Sequence record: PV662128.1
DNA: 64,000 nt
Direction: 5' to 3' (one strand)
Positions 54,945 through 64,000 of the stretch are shown piece after piece. Both the position numbers and the translations under genes were made by a program. Position 1 is the stretch's first letter; each line of letters opens with the position of its first letter. The notes under the pieces are model-generated. The model made no database searches and was not told the origin of the DNA. It saw nothing but the letters and a program-made list of their open reading frames with translations.

Positions 54945-55841
54945 TTACAGCATGTATTCAGGAGCGGTAACTTTAGCCGCTTCACGAGTCATCGCAGCAA
55001 GAGTACCAGAATCGGTGAGACTCTGGAGAATCGCCGTAGGCTGCAGGAATCCAGATTCAGCACCGCGACCAGCTGGGTTATACATCGGGAGTTTGCTCAG
55101 GAAAGAACGAGCAATCTCTTTAGCGGCCTGGGTATCGAAATCGATAAGGCCGGTGTATTCCATGTTGATATCACGCATCTGACCGGCTTCGTCTTTGTTA
55201 CGACGCATCTGGATTTCAACGGTGTTACGCGGCATGATACCTACTGCAAGAGCAGCGTGGGCAACATCACGCATATTACGCGTCGGTTCCAGATAAATGT
55301 TCGCACAGGAGATTTGGTCGATCAGGAGATCGCCTGGATCATCGAGGATGACTGCACGAGGATGACCCAGATCCGGATCATTCAAACCATACAGAGACCA
55401 GGAGCGATGGAGGTTAGTATAAACCTCACCTTCGATATCCACGCCAGCATGGTTGATAACACCGAGGGTACGAGTACCGCCCGACGGCACGGAGAATACA
55501 CGGCCAGAGAAACGCTGTTCTGCGAATTCGGTCTCAATACGTTCAGAGAGACCGGTGATTTCACGACTACGCGTTTCAAACCAGGATTTCGCCAGTGAGT
55601 GAAGGATGTTACCTGCCGGCATACGGCTAAACAACGCAGGGGTACTGATACAGAAGCACCAGGTCTGCTGTTGGATATGCGGATGCTCGGAGACCATGTT
55701 GGCGATATTGGGAGCCCAGCCATACTGGCCCCCTTGAGGGCCATTCAGAACGGGACGATCACCTACGCCGAACGCAGAGTACCATTCAGAACTCCCAGGT
55801 ACCAGCGTGGTTGTGTTCCTAAACGGAGTGTTGCTTGACAT
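54945..55841 (-). CDS. tail tube protein
   Basis: 298 aa directly downstream of the sheath; GPQGGQYGW and related motifs as remembered for phiKZ gp30-type tubes. Confidence 0.8.
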   Translation of the reverse strand: MSSNTPFRNTTTLVPGSSEWYSAFGVGDRPVLNGPQGGQYGWAPNIANMVSEHPHIQQQTWCFCISTPALFSRMPAGNILHSLAKSWFETRSREITGLSERIETEFAEQRFSGRVFSVPSGGTRTLGVINHAGVDIEGEVYTNLHRSWSLYGLNDPDLGHPRAVILDDPGDLLIDQISCANIYLEPTRNMRDVAHAALAVGIMPRNTVEIQMRRNKDEAGQMRDINMEYTGLIDFDTQAAKEIARSFLSKLPMYNPAGRGAESGFLQPTAILQSLTDSGTLAAMTREAAKVTAPEYML

Positions 55842-55856
55842 TTAGAGTCACCTTAC

Positions 55857-58016
55857 TTAGGAGTTAGTGGTATCGAGATCTTCTTCGTTATACGCAGCAA
55901 GACTCATGTTCATCATATACTTACCTTTACGGAACCAGACGTTACCAACGCTGTTCAGGACAGCTCGGCTACCGGCGCCAGTTTCGTTGTAAGTGCAATC
56001 AACCCGAAGGTCTTTGAACATGGTACCCATGCGACGGCGGATAGCCGCTTCAGAAGTATCTTTGACGGTTGACGCATAAGTAGTAGCATCAATGGTCGTA
56101 TCACCGGATACCAGTGTCCACGCATCAGCTATAACCTTCTCGATACAAACCGCAGTGAAGTTAGTGATCAGATCCTTCAACACAGCGTCGTTATCGTCAT
56201 ACACTGTTGGAAGTGCAGGACGGTAATACTGAGACGTGTTGTACGGACGAAGACTGATACCGCCTTCATCGAAGTTATTCGCCGCAGCGTCATCACCTTC
56301 GAAGTCCATGGTCGGAGAATGCATCTGGGTCAGAATGCGGTTATCGCCATGATCCGGAGAATTCACCGAGCTCAGGTTACCAGAGCTGTTACCGCCAAGA
56401 CGAGCGAAGAAGTAAGCCAGGTCCAGCGTTTGCGGGAATTCAAGGCCGGTGCTTTCGTCGATGATCTTAGCATCCCACAGGGAGATAGCTGCACGGGACG
56501 CCGGAGTGCCGTAAAGCGAAGATTCCGGATACAGACGAATCTTAGTCGCCAGAGACTGCATCATGGAATAACGCTGGGCGATGGTGTTGTTTTCCAGCCA
56601 TTCGGAAGCCTGCAGGATCAGAATCTGATCTTTGCGGGTGTTCCAGAGTTCGATCAACGCGTTCTTAATATCCAGGTTATAACCCACATCCCAGATAACG
56701 GATTGACGGTTACGTGTCCAATCGTTAACAGTAGATGATTGAGCATAAGCCTGAATATCGGACAGATACAGAGACTGAGCTACGGTCCAAGCGTCTTTGG
56801 TGCTCAGCTGGTCGATGTGACCGTTGTTAGTCGCCGGATCGAAGTTGTAAGTCCCTTCAACCGGAACTGGCGTAGTCCGATCTGCTTTCAGGAACGGAGA
56901 GATACCGCCAGCAGCGTCGATATAGCCGGAGTTAGCGAACGGGTTAGCGTCATCCACCAACATACACGCATAATACGGAACGTTGGTATGGTTGGTCAGA
57001 GTGAACGGGTTCATCTGACGAATTGGGTTGACGCCCGTTACGTTAACAAGCGCTGATTTACCAGCAGCCAATTCCGCCGCATACAAAGCCGCACAAACTT
57101 TCTGGATGTTCTGATCGTAGACCTTGACTTCGTAGAACGGAGCAGGGCGCAGAGTCACCTGACGGTTGACGTTAGCGTTGGTGAAGTCACCTACTGCGGT
57201 CGCCAGGCTGTAACGAACATCGTACTTGTCTTTGGTGTTGAACAGCGTGTACGTTGCCGATTCACCGCCATTAACGTTGGAGAAGAAAGTCGGGACGCCC
57301 GTAGAAGATTTTACGTACATTCTCATTGAGAACGGGAACACGCCGTATTCTTCAACGAAATCTGACACCGAATCCCAATCCGTGGAAGCATTGAGGCCCA
57401 TGGTCAAACCGTGCAGGTTATACGCGTCACCAACACCAGCCGGAAGTTCGAAGAACGGATACTGAGTAAACGTAACTTCTTCCTCGTTCACCGTTTCGGT
57501 GAACGTCGATTTTACGAGCTTGCCGTATTCTGGAGTGGTCGGCGCGGTAACGTCGAGCTTAACCAGTTTAACGTAAACGCCCGGCACCGCGGTACCACCG
57601 GTAACAGGGATCAGCTCACCCTTGTCATCGAAAAGATAGCTGCCATCAGTCGCACGCCGATACTGAGGAATAGATGTACCGGTCCCGATAGCGATAGCGT
57701 AAGCAACACGAGCTACTACGGTGTTAGCAGAAACACGGCGTACGCCAAAACCACCCTGACCGCCGGAGGTGATCATCGAGATCAGCTGAGATACCGCGGA
57801 GTAGTAAGGGGTATCGACATCCAGGATATCACCGTAAAGATTGGTAAAGTCTCTTGAGTTTATGAAACTCTGTCCGAGCTCACCCTTAGGGGTGACCACG
57901 GAAATAACCGGGTAATGACAAGGATACGTAGGCAGAGACGTTACCGGGTTTAAGCGGCTCTTATCGTCCATACCGTTATTGATGACTTGTCCCGGAATGA
58001 TTTTTGTAAAGCTCAT
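55857..58016 (-). CDS. contractile tail sheath protein
   Basis: 719 aa; N-terminal IPGQVINNGMDDKS, VTPKG, C-terminal sheath-like region; phiKZ gp29-type position. Confidence 0.85.
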   Translation of the reverse strand: MSFTKIIPGQVINNGMDDKSRLNPVTSLPTYPCHYPVISVVTPKGELGQSFINSRDFTNLYGDILDVDTPYYSAVSQLISMITSGGQGGFGVRRVSANTVVARVAYAIAIGTGTSIPQYRRATDGSYLFDDKGELIPVTGGTAVPGVYVKLVKLDVTAPTTPEYGKLVKSTFTETVNEEEVTFTQYPFFELPAGVGDAYNLHGLTMGLNASTDWDSVSDFVEEYGVFPFSMRMYVKSSTGVPTFFSNVNGGESATYTLFNTKDKYDVRYSLATAVGDFTNANVNRQVTLRPAPFYEVKVYDQNIQKVCAALYAAELAAGKSALVNVTGVNPIRQMNPFTLTNHTNVPYYACMLVDDANPFANSGYIDAAGGISPFLKADRTTPVPVEGTYNFDPATNNGHIDQLSTKDAWTVAQSLYLSDIQAYAQSSTVNDWTRNRQSVIWDVGYNLDIKNALIELWNTRKDQILILQASEWLENNTIAQRYSMMQSLATKIRLYPESSLYGTPASRAAISLWDAKIIDESTGLEFPQTLDLAYFFARLGGNSSGNLSSVNSPDHGDNRILTQMHSPTMDFEGDDAAANNFDEGGISLRPYNTSQYYRPALPTVYDDNDAVLKDLITNFTAVCIEKVIADAWTLVSGDTTIDATTYASTVKDTSEAAIRRRMGTMFKDLRVDCTYNETGAGSRAVLNSVGNVWFRKGKYMMNMSLAAYNEEDLDTTNS

Positions 58017-58052
58017 GCTCTAAGCCTCATATTCGGAAAACGTTTTATTAAG

Positions 58053-58076
58053 ATATTTTTTTGATCAAAAAAATAT
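58053..58076. promoter_or_regulatory. perfect 24-bp AT-rich palindrome in a divergent intergenic region
   Basis: ATATTTTTTTGATCAAAAAAATAT between sheath (-) and 58175 (+). Confidence 0.5.
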
Positions 58077-58174
58077 AGATGGCCGGCAATCGTATGTCTA
58101 GAGTCACCATAAGTTACTCTCGTTTAATTTAACCGAACCCGGCACATAACATTCAACATAAGGAGCGGGGAGTC

Positions 58175-59053
58175 ATGCTTCTCAACGCGTACGAAACCAC
58201 AGTTGGCAAACCCTTTGCGATCATGGATAAAGTCCAGGGCGTCCTAAAATCGTTAGCGACGATGGATGACTTAGACCATTCCAGTAAAGAAGGGGTTTAT
58301 TTCATTACTTATGAAAACGGTAGCCAGCTTCCTCTTTTCATTTTCCCTTTGAGTTTATTGGATCATCAGCGTCGTAAAATCACCGTTGTTGATAAACGCC
58401 CCTTCTCCAATAAAAAAGATATCATTATTAGTCCGGTGGAATTTATCGGGCAATTCACTGCGGCGTGCGTTCAGCAAGATGCGTTTGAAGGTAACTTAAA
58501 CACCATCAAAAATTCTCGCTATCTAACGACTCGCGGATATGCCAAATCTCTCAGCAATCGCATTGGTCGTCAGAGCGGGTTAGACCCAAGAGAAATGATT
58601 GAACTTGCTATCATTCTCGGTCACTTCTTTGTGTGTCTCACAGAGAAGCAAAACGACGATTACCAGTTTGTTAGCGCCAACGTACTGAAAAATGCGTTGC
58701 AATTAGATCAGAGTATGACCCAACCTATTATCGAAGAGATGGGGTTCATTTCAACCATCCCTGAGCTCACCAAATATATCGCTGATCGTCCGGGCTTTTT
58801 CAAACTGAAGAATTTCACCCAAAAAGATTTTATCGGGTTGGGCAGCAACATCATCTTCAGTAACCTCGGCAAACAGGTTGTCGGAGCAGCTCTGGAACAC
58901 CCTCCGCTATTTACAGGATTGTGTTTTATGGCGCTGAAGAACAGAATGTACCTTCAGACTGTTTTGGGTCAGCAAATCGATCCTAAGTACAACGAAAGAT
59001 TAACCGATAGTTTTGTTAAAATGATCAACGGGAATTATCCCGTCCAACTTTAA
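58175..59053 (+). CDS. virion structural protein (phiKZ gp28-like position)
   Basis: 292 aa starting MLLNAYETTVG; synteny sheath / three virion genes / terminase. Confidence 0.65.
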   Translation: MLLNAYETTVGKPFAIMDKVQGVLKSLATMDDLDHSSKEGVYFITYENGSQLPLFIFPLSLLDHQRRKITVVDKRPFSNKKDIIISPVEFIGQFTAACVQQDAFEGNLNTIKNSRYLTTRGYAKSLSNRIGRQSGLDPREMIELAIILGHFFVCLTEKQNDDYQFVSANVLKNALQLDQSMTQPIIEEMGFISTIPELTKYIADRPGFFKLKNFTQKDFIGLGSNIIFSNLGKQVVGAALEHPPLFTGLCFMALKNRMYLQTVLGQQIDPKYNERLTDSFVKMINGNYPVQL

Positions 59054-59058
59054 AAGGA

Positions 59059-61662
59059 ATGGACATGAGTGTGTCGTTGGTTCAACCAAGAACTGACTTG
59101 ATACGTTACGCCGAGTCCAATATGTGGTCGTCTCCCTATAACGATCAACAATTCAGGCTGGAGCTACAACGTATCAGTCCCCCAGTAGGGTTGGTCAATA
59201 CCTTTACGTATATGGGTAAAGGGAGAGGATTACCTGATTCTACTACCCCTCATCACGTCTATACTCTTAGTGGTACCTCGCTAGGGTACTGGAACTTCAT
59301 CAACAAAAATATAAAAACTAATCCAGTCGATACCTGGGTGAGAGTTGATTGGCTCAGCCATCAGCGTGGGGTTTATATTGAACTTTATCGTCCCGACGGC
59401 AGAATCTATCCGAGGGATTGCGCGTGGATAATGCGGACTTATGACGGAGCACACCTTCTTTGTGTGGAACGTTTGACCAATTACCCACTCCCATTAAACG
59501 ATAACTTCTATCTACGGTGTTATACCCCTGATTGGGATATTTATCGTGGGGTGGAAGGAACCGACGAAAATAACGGGTTTCAGTATACCAGTTTCGTTGG
59601 TCCAACTCAGGCTAATCTCACGGCGCTCCAAACCCAACTCAATACGTGGAGTGGATTAGGTGGATTATCGTCCATTTATGTCGATGGAATAAAATGTCCA
59701 TCTCTTCCTACGGTGTCGGCTGTTACGCTGAACACTATCGTAGAGATTTTCTACGATCCGACTGTTTATAGAGTCGATAACTACGACTTGAAAACTCTGC
59801 CGGACTTCTATTCTGATTTGGATGGCAAGCGTAAATACATCGTTCACCCTCCTAAGGTTGAAGGTGACTGGACGTTCCGGTACTTCGACGATTGCGACAT
59901 CTACATCACGACCCCAACCGGGAAAGGGTTATATTTCAATATCAACAGTCCGGATGCATTGCGTCAACTCACTCACGCCGACTATAGCGTGAGCAGCGAT
60001 TACGTCGCGACCCTTATTGACAGCTTGACGGATCTTAAGAATCGAGATGATCTGAAATTGCAGGTGATTTATCGCAGCACGAACTGGAGTCACGATCTCG
60101 TATGGGAAGCCAATCGAATCAGGTACCTTTACCGTCTTGATGATAATGGAATAATCAACGCAATGACTGCGGTCCACTCCACGCTACCTGAATGGACAGC
60201 CAGTGGTTTGGAAAATTCTTATTCCATGCTAATCAACAGACAGAAATGGGGAGAGCTGACCGATGAGAACATCGTTAAAGCATTGGGGTTCAATGCCCTG
60301 ACCCAAGCTTTAGCATCGTCACCAGTTTCAATGCCCTACGTGGAAGGATACGCCGGTTATGACGTTCCGGTTAGTTTCCAGGAAGCTTGCGTGGCTTTTG
60401 AGTACGATGCGGACGGTCTACTCATTAATAACTACCCATTGACTAATGCGCTGAAGTATGCTCCGACCAATCCGACCTGCACTATGGTGGAGTTCATCGC
60501 TGGTAGTCCGGCAATCACCAGACATCAAGTGATTGGGAGTGATCCGGTTACGCTGTTGAGTAACTGGTCTTATTTAGCATTGCAATCCGGTCGGTTAGTT
60601 TCCACTGGGGAATCTGACGGGAAATGGGTACCTGCGGTATTGGGTACTGACTATACCGTTACCAATGGTGTTCTTACCTGGATCCACGACTCAACGAACC
60701 GGATAGGTAGAGTTATCTTTAACGATGTTTTCCTTTACAAGGATTTCACGTTATCGCATCTCGACAACTCTATTTATTTCGCCATTACCGAGATATGGGA
60801 AGGCGGAGGGATAGCCGCGGATATCGCACCGGCTAACATCTACATTTGGATGAACGGTCATCCTCTCATTCTTAACGTCGATTACGTGATGGATTACCCT
60901 AGAGTGTTCATCAATAACAAGATGTATTTGAATGAGAGTGGGGAAAATGATTTTGTCGTGGCTGCGTTCGGGATAAGTACGAGTTTAACTCAGCCGGTAG
61001 AAGAATCTGAATTAGGTTATATCGTCGGTGGGACCATCGGGGTTAACGGACGTTACAATATTCGAGATGGAAGGGACACGAGACTTATTGCTGCGGGTCG
61101 GTTATTCCCATCTGATGGTATTGACGATTCAGAGCAACACGCTCCTCAGAACGCCGGTTATTCTCTCAACGGTTACCCGTATCAGGTTAAGCACGTTTAT
61201 CAGACCGTTCAAAAAGCGGTGGATTTTAATAACTATCCTCGGTACGCCGAAGACAGGGATTTGGATAATCGTATCTGCACTTACCTGACGACGTATTGTG
61301 AGAAACCAGGACCTATTGTTTGGCCTAACATCTCCGACAAATACAGATTGTTTAGTCCTTTCCTGAATCAGATCGTAAATGCAATATTGCTGAAAATCAT
61401 TACCATCCCTGCACCAACCACAGGTGGGGTATTCAGCAAACAGGTAATCAATGAGCTAACCAAAGATTATCAATGGTTGCTTAATTACGATCCGGCTTTC
61501 TTGAAATACGACTTGCGGTATTACACGATCAATCCGTTTTCCATGGCGGGTATGCAAACTGTAACAACCGCGCAGTTACTCTTCATCACTCAGGTTAACG
61601 AAATCTATCTCAATAGCGCGTGCGGCATAGAGGGATATTTTGAGGTAAATAATAATGTTTGA
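59059..61662 (+). CDS. baseplate/virion structural protein (phiKZ gp27-like position)
   Basis: 867 aa, aromatic and Asp/Asn-rich; ATG 59065 is an alternative start; synteny. Confidence 0.65.
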   Translation: MDMSVSLVQPRTDLIRYAESNMWSSPYNDQQFRLELQRISPPVGLVNTFTYMGKGRGLPDSTTPHHVYTLSGTSLGYWNFINKNIKTNPVDTWVRVDWLSHQRGVYIELYRPDGRIYPRDCAWIMRTYDGAHLLCVERLTNYPLPLNDNFYLRCYTPDWDIYRGVEGTDENNGFQYTSFVGPTQANLTALQTQLNTWSGLGGLSSIYVDGIKCPSLPTVSAVTLNTIVEIFYDPTVYRVDNYDLKTLPDFYSDLDGKRKYIVHPPKVEGDWTFRYFDDCDIYITTPTGKGLYFNINSPDALRQLTHADYSVSSDYVATLIDSLTDLKNRDDLKLQVIYRSTNWSHDLVWEANRIRYLYRLDDNGIINAMTAVHSTLPEWTASGLENSYSMLINRQKWGELTDENIVKALGFNALTQALASSPVSMPYVEGYAGYDVPVSFQEACVAFEYDADGLLINNYPLTNALKYAPTNPTCTMVEFIAGSPAITRHQVIGSDPVTLLSNWSYLALQSGRLVSTGESDGKWVPAVLGTDYTVTNGVLTWIHDSTNRIGRVIFNDVFLYKDFTLSHLDNSIYFAITEIWEGGGIAADIAPANIYIWMNGHPLILNVDYVMDYPRVFINNKMYLNESGENDFVVAAFGISTSLTQPVEESELGYIVGGTIGVNGRYNIRDGRDTRLIAAGRLFPSDGIDDSEQHAPQNAGYSLNGYPYQVKHVYQTVQKAVDFNNYPRYAEDRDLDNRICTYLTTYCEKPGPIVWPNISDKYRLFSPFLNQIVNAILLKIITIPAPTTGGVFSKQVINELTKDYQWLLNYDPAFLKYDLRYYTINPFSMAGMQTVTTAQLLFITQVNEIYLNSACGIEGYFEVNNNV

Positions 61663-63370
61663 TACCAGCACCACATCGACCACATCAAGTACGAGTGTTG
61701 CGGCGACGGGTCCTCAGTTACCTAACTCGAATGATCTACTCACCCCACTCGATATTTCCAACCTTTACGATCCGGATACGGTAGCTGATTCTGATGCGTC
61801 CAAATACATCGTTGGTCGTGAAGGTCAAACGGTCATAGACGGATTGAACCAACGAGCTTACGTTATTACTCACGTTGGGACCGAAGATGCGAAATACAAA
61901 TCGACGTTAAAACGGATAGGGTTTGTTACGGATAGCGACGACAACTCCAGTGACATCATTGGTTTACCGGGACGTTTTGCCGGCAATGGTGTTTTGGGAA
62001 TCGACTACAGTGTCAGGCCTCCTCGGGCCGTCATCGATGGTCGTGTATGGGCTCCCGATGCAGCTTATGGTTTGCTTTATAAAGGCGTAGTTATCGGCGA
62101 TACCGGTCAGGTCATTTCTGTTCAATATGCAACTAACGGTGATTTGATTTCTAATCATGTCCCGACTAAATTAGCTGCGGTTAACAACATGACCAACCAC
62201 AGCATCTTCACCACTACTGCGTTTTCGGTGACTCAAACGGCTGATGAACTCCCGGATGGAAGTTTGTGTACGCTGGTGTTCTTCGATGCTGCCGGTAACA
62301 TGATTCCTGAACCTTATGAACTGGGCGTGATGCACACTGCGTTGCTGAGAGATCATCAGATCGGGATCAAGTATGTTTCGGCTATTGAACTGATTTCTCC
62401 TTGGTTCACTGATACGACCGATCCTACTACGCTGAACATTCCTATCAACGTTGCGATGAGTTCGGTTCAATTCTCTGCGCGCATCCATTATAACGATGGG
62501 TCTACCAAAGAGCAATTGATTGACGGGACCAAATGTGCGATCATCGGGCTCAATGAATACAAACCTACTACGGTGGGTCAGCGAGCTTCGATCGTACTTC
62601 GTTATTCGTTCGATGAGGGCGAACAGGCTTTAATTGCTACGCCTAATTATCCCGACATGATCACCCAGGCTTATCAGATCGTTTGTACTCAGGTTAACGG
62701 TGCTTACTCTCCAAAACTCTACACTTATCCAGTGTGGAACGGAACAGGGTATTCGCTCAAACATTACCTGTACGATCTTACCCGCCGATATGCAACTGAC
62801 GTCACTCAGCACGTTACGCTCAACGACACGTCGCCAGCCTTCCAGCCGGCCAACTATGGCGTTCAGCAAGACATGGTGTTTAACCTGACGCTGTCAGACG
62901 TATCTTCGACGTTTAAAGCGTGGACGCTGGTACAGCATACTTCTATTACGTTGTATAAAGCAAATACCGGGACGGGTCGTCGTTGGGGCATTCGGTACTC
63001 TTCTGCGAATAACCCTTACGTCGCTTATAACGTCGGGTATACTGAAAAGAATGGGGTTCAGTCTATTAACCTGGCGGGCTCTATCCTCACGATTTCTGAT
63101 TGGCTGAATCGACTCTACTACCCAGTAGAGCCGCTGATCGATACCACGAAAGAATCGGCTGCTTTGGTTCCTAACTATATCCGGTTGGTTGACACCAATG
63201 GCGCGACTCACGATCTTGAAATCAACGATTGGAATAAACCTCAAGCTCTCACTTCTCCTGTTGCAAGTGGTCAAACGCTCTTCCTGCAATGGATTCAGAA
63301 ATCAGAGAACGGGGCTGAACTCCAATTGGCGACCACAGGTGTTGTCGTAGATTCTGCTCCAACAAACTAA
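61655..63370 (+). CDS. virion structural protein (phiKZ gp26-like position)
   Basis: 571 aa, overlaps upstream stop, beta-rich, precedes terminase. Confidence 0.65.
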   Translation: MFDTSTTSTTSSTSVAATGPQLPNSNDLLTPLDISNLYDPDTVADSDASKYIVGREGQTVIDGLNQRAYVITHVGTEDAKYKSTLKRIGFVTDSDDNSSDIIGLPGRFAGNGVLGIDYSVRPPRAVIDGRVWAPDAAYGLLYKGVVIGDTGQVISVQYATNGDLISNHVPTKLAAVNNMTNHSIFTTTAFSVTQTADELPDGSLCTLVFFDAAGNMIPEPYELGVMHTALLRDHQIGIKYVSAIELISPWFTDTTDPTTLNIPINVAMSSVQFSARIHYNDGSTKEQLIDGTKCAIIGLNEYKPTTVGQRASIVLRYSFDEGEQALIATPNYPDMITQAYQIVCTQVNGAYSPKLYTYPVWNGTGYSLKHYLYDLTRRYATDVTQHVTLNDTSPAFQPANYGVQQDMVFNLTLSDVSSTFKAWTLVQHTSITLYKANTGTGRRWGIRYSSANNPYVAYNVGYTEKNGVQSINLAGSILTISDWLNRLYYPVEPLIDTTKESAALVPNYIRLVDTNGATHDLEINDWNKPQALTSPVASGQTLFLQWIQKSENGAELQLATTGVVVDSAPTN

Positions 63371-63382
63371 TATCTGTTATAT

Positions 63383-63412
63383 TAACTACCGGTCTTTTCA
63401 GACCGGTAGTTA
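63383..63412 (+). terminator. hairpin terminator
   Basis: TAACTACCGGTCT-TTTC-AGACCGGTAGTTA. Confidence 0.75.
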
Positions 63413-63453
63413 TATTTTATATCGAGACCGAGACAAACCGACAGGATAAAAAT

Positions 63454-64000
63454 ATGTTTGCAAGTAAAGACGAATTAGAATTACATCTTGCAAGAGAAAA
63501 ACTTGCCATGATAGGAGCAACAGAAAGTCAGCTCCCCGAATATCTGCTCGATGACGACACAGAAGCACTTCCTATCAGGACTCCAGAAGAATTGCTTCTA
63601 GCCCATTATCGAGAAGATACGTTAAGTGCGATCAAAACGGTCAGGTTCTTAAAGGACTTCGAACGGTATAACGCTAAACCGGATCTGACAACGAAGAACA
63701 TCTCTTTCTTAAAGGTTGCCGAGATCTTTAGACTGATGGGGATACGGAATTACTATTTCTGTCTCCAACTCAATAACCCGTTATTAATGGGCGTAGATCC
63801 TTACGACCCCAATCTGACCGATGAACAAAAATTCATGATCCTCCAGGAGTGCCGTGAGAACTTCTGGTATTTCCTTCGTGAAGTGCTTCATCTGAGTGGG
63901 GGGATCCAGTTCCAAGCAAACAGAGCAAACATCTGTTTCTTATGGTGTTATTTGTGCCACGTCAACACCATGCTTATCATTCCAAGGCAATTTGGTAAGC
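63454..64000 (+). CDS. terL: terminase large subunit, 5' part (runs off the window; missing from ORF track)
   Basis: Open from ATG 63454 (AGGA upstream): ...ECRENFWYFLREV...ANRANICF...TMLIIPRQFGK, the terminase Walker A at the window edge. Confidence 0.88.
   Translation, partial: MFASKDELELHLAREKLAMIGATESQLPEYLLDDDTEALPIRTPEELLLAHYREDTLSAIKTVRFLKDFERYNAKPDLTTKNISFLKVAEIFRLMGIRNYYFCLQLNNPLLMGVDPYDPNLTDEQKFMILQECRENFWYFLREVLHLSGGIQFQANRANICFLWCYLCHVNTMLIIPRQFGK

Noticed and set aside
1-64000. CRISPR array, tRNA or rRNA genes
   Set aside because: No regularly spaced direct repeats or cloverleaf signatures were seen by eye; intergenic gaps are short. A tRNAscan run would be needed to exclude tRNAs fully.

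Overview
This window looks like a 64 kb segment of a phiKZ-like jumbo myovirus (SPN3US/phiKZ-type gene order), probably with a gammaproteobacterial host (inference). The first ~13 kb is an accessory/metabolic region: thymidylate synthase, a LysM protein, an XRE regulator, a possible Ntn-peptidase, a GroEL-like chaperonin, a free-standing HNH nuclease, thymidine kinase, and a catalytically intact TnpB with a downstream omega-RNA-like scaffold but no transposase. The rest is conserved jumbo-phage core: SF2 helicase, RecA/UvsX-like ATPase, virion RNA polymerase subunits (beta-C, beta', beta-N/M, probable beta'-C), a 2268-aa tail protein with a GH19 lysozyme domain, a muramidase, prohead protease, tail tube, sheath, baseplate/neck genes and the 5' part of the large terminase. 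The ORF track fragments the two adjacent polymerase genes because each carries a group I intron with an HNH gene; splice junctions can be read directly and restore DFDGD|QLN and DDPKR-S-LFSG. The most unusual signals are (1) a 46-aa ORF absent from the track that ends in CEGGACKI, nearly the redox-shuttle tail of class Ia ribonucleotide reductase alpha, with no reductase body attached; (2) the twin introns, one directly after the catalytic aspartates and positioned so splicing may gate translation of the next subunit; (3) the orphan TnpB/omega-RNA. Product names rest on motifs read from the translations and on remembered synteny; no database search or folding program was run. No tRNA, rRNA or CRISPR array was seen.
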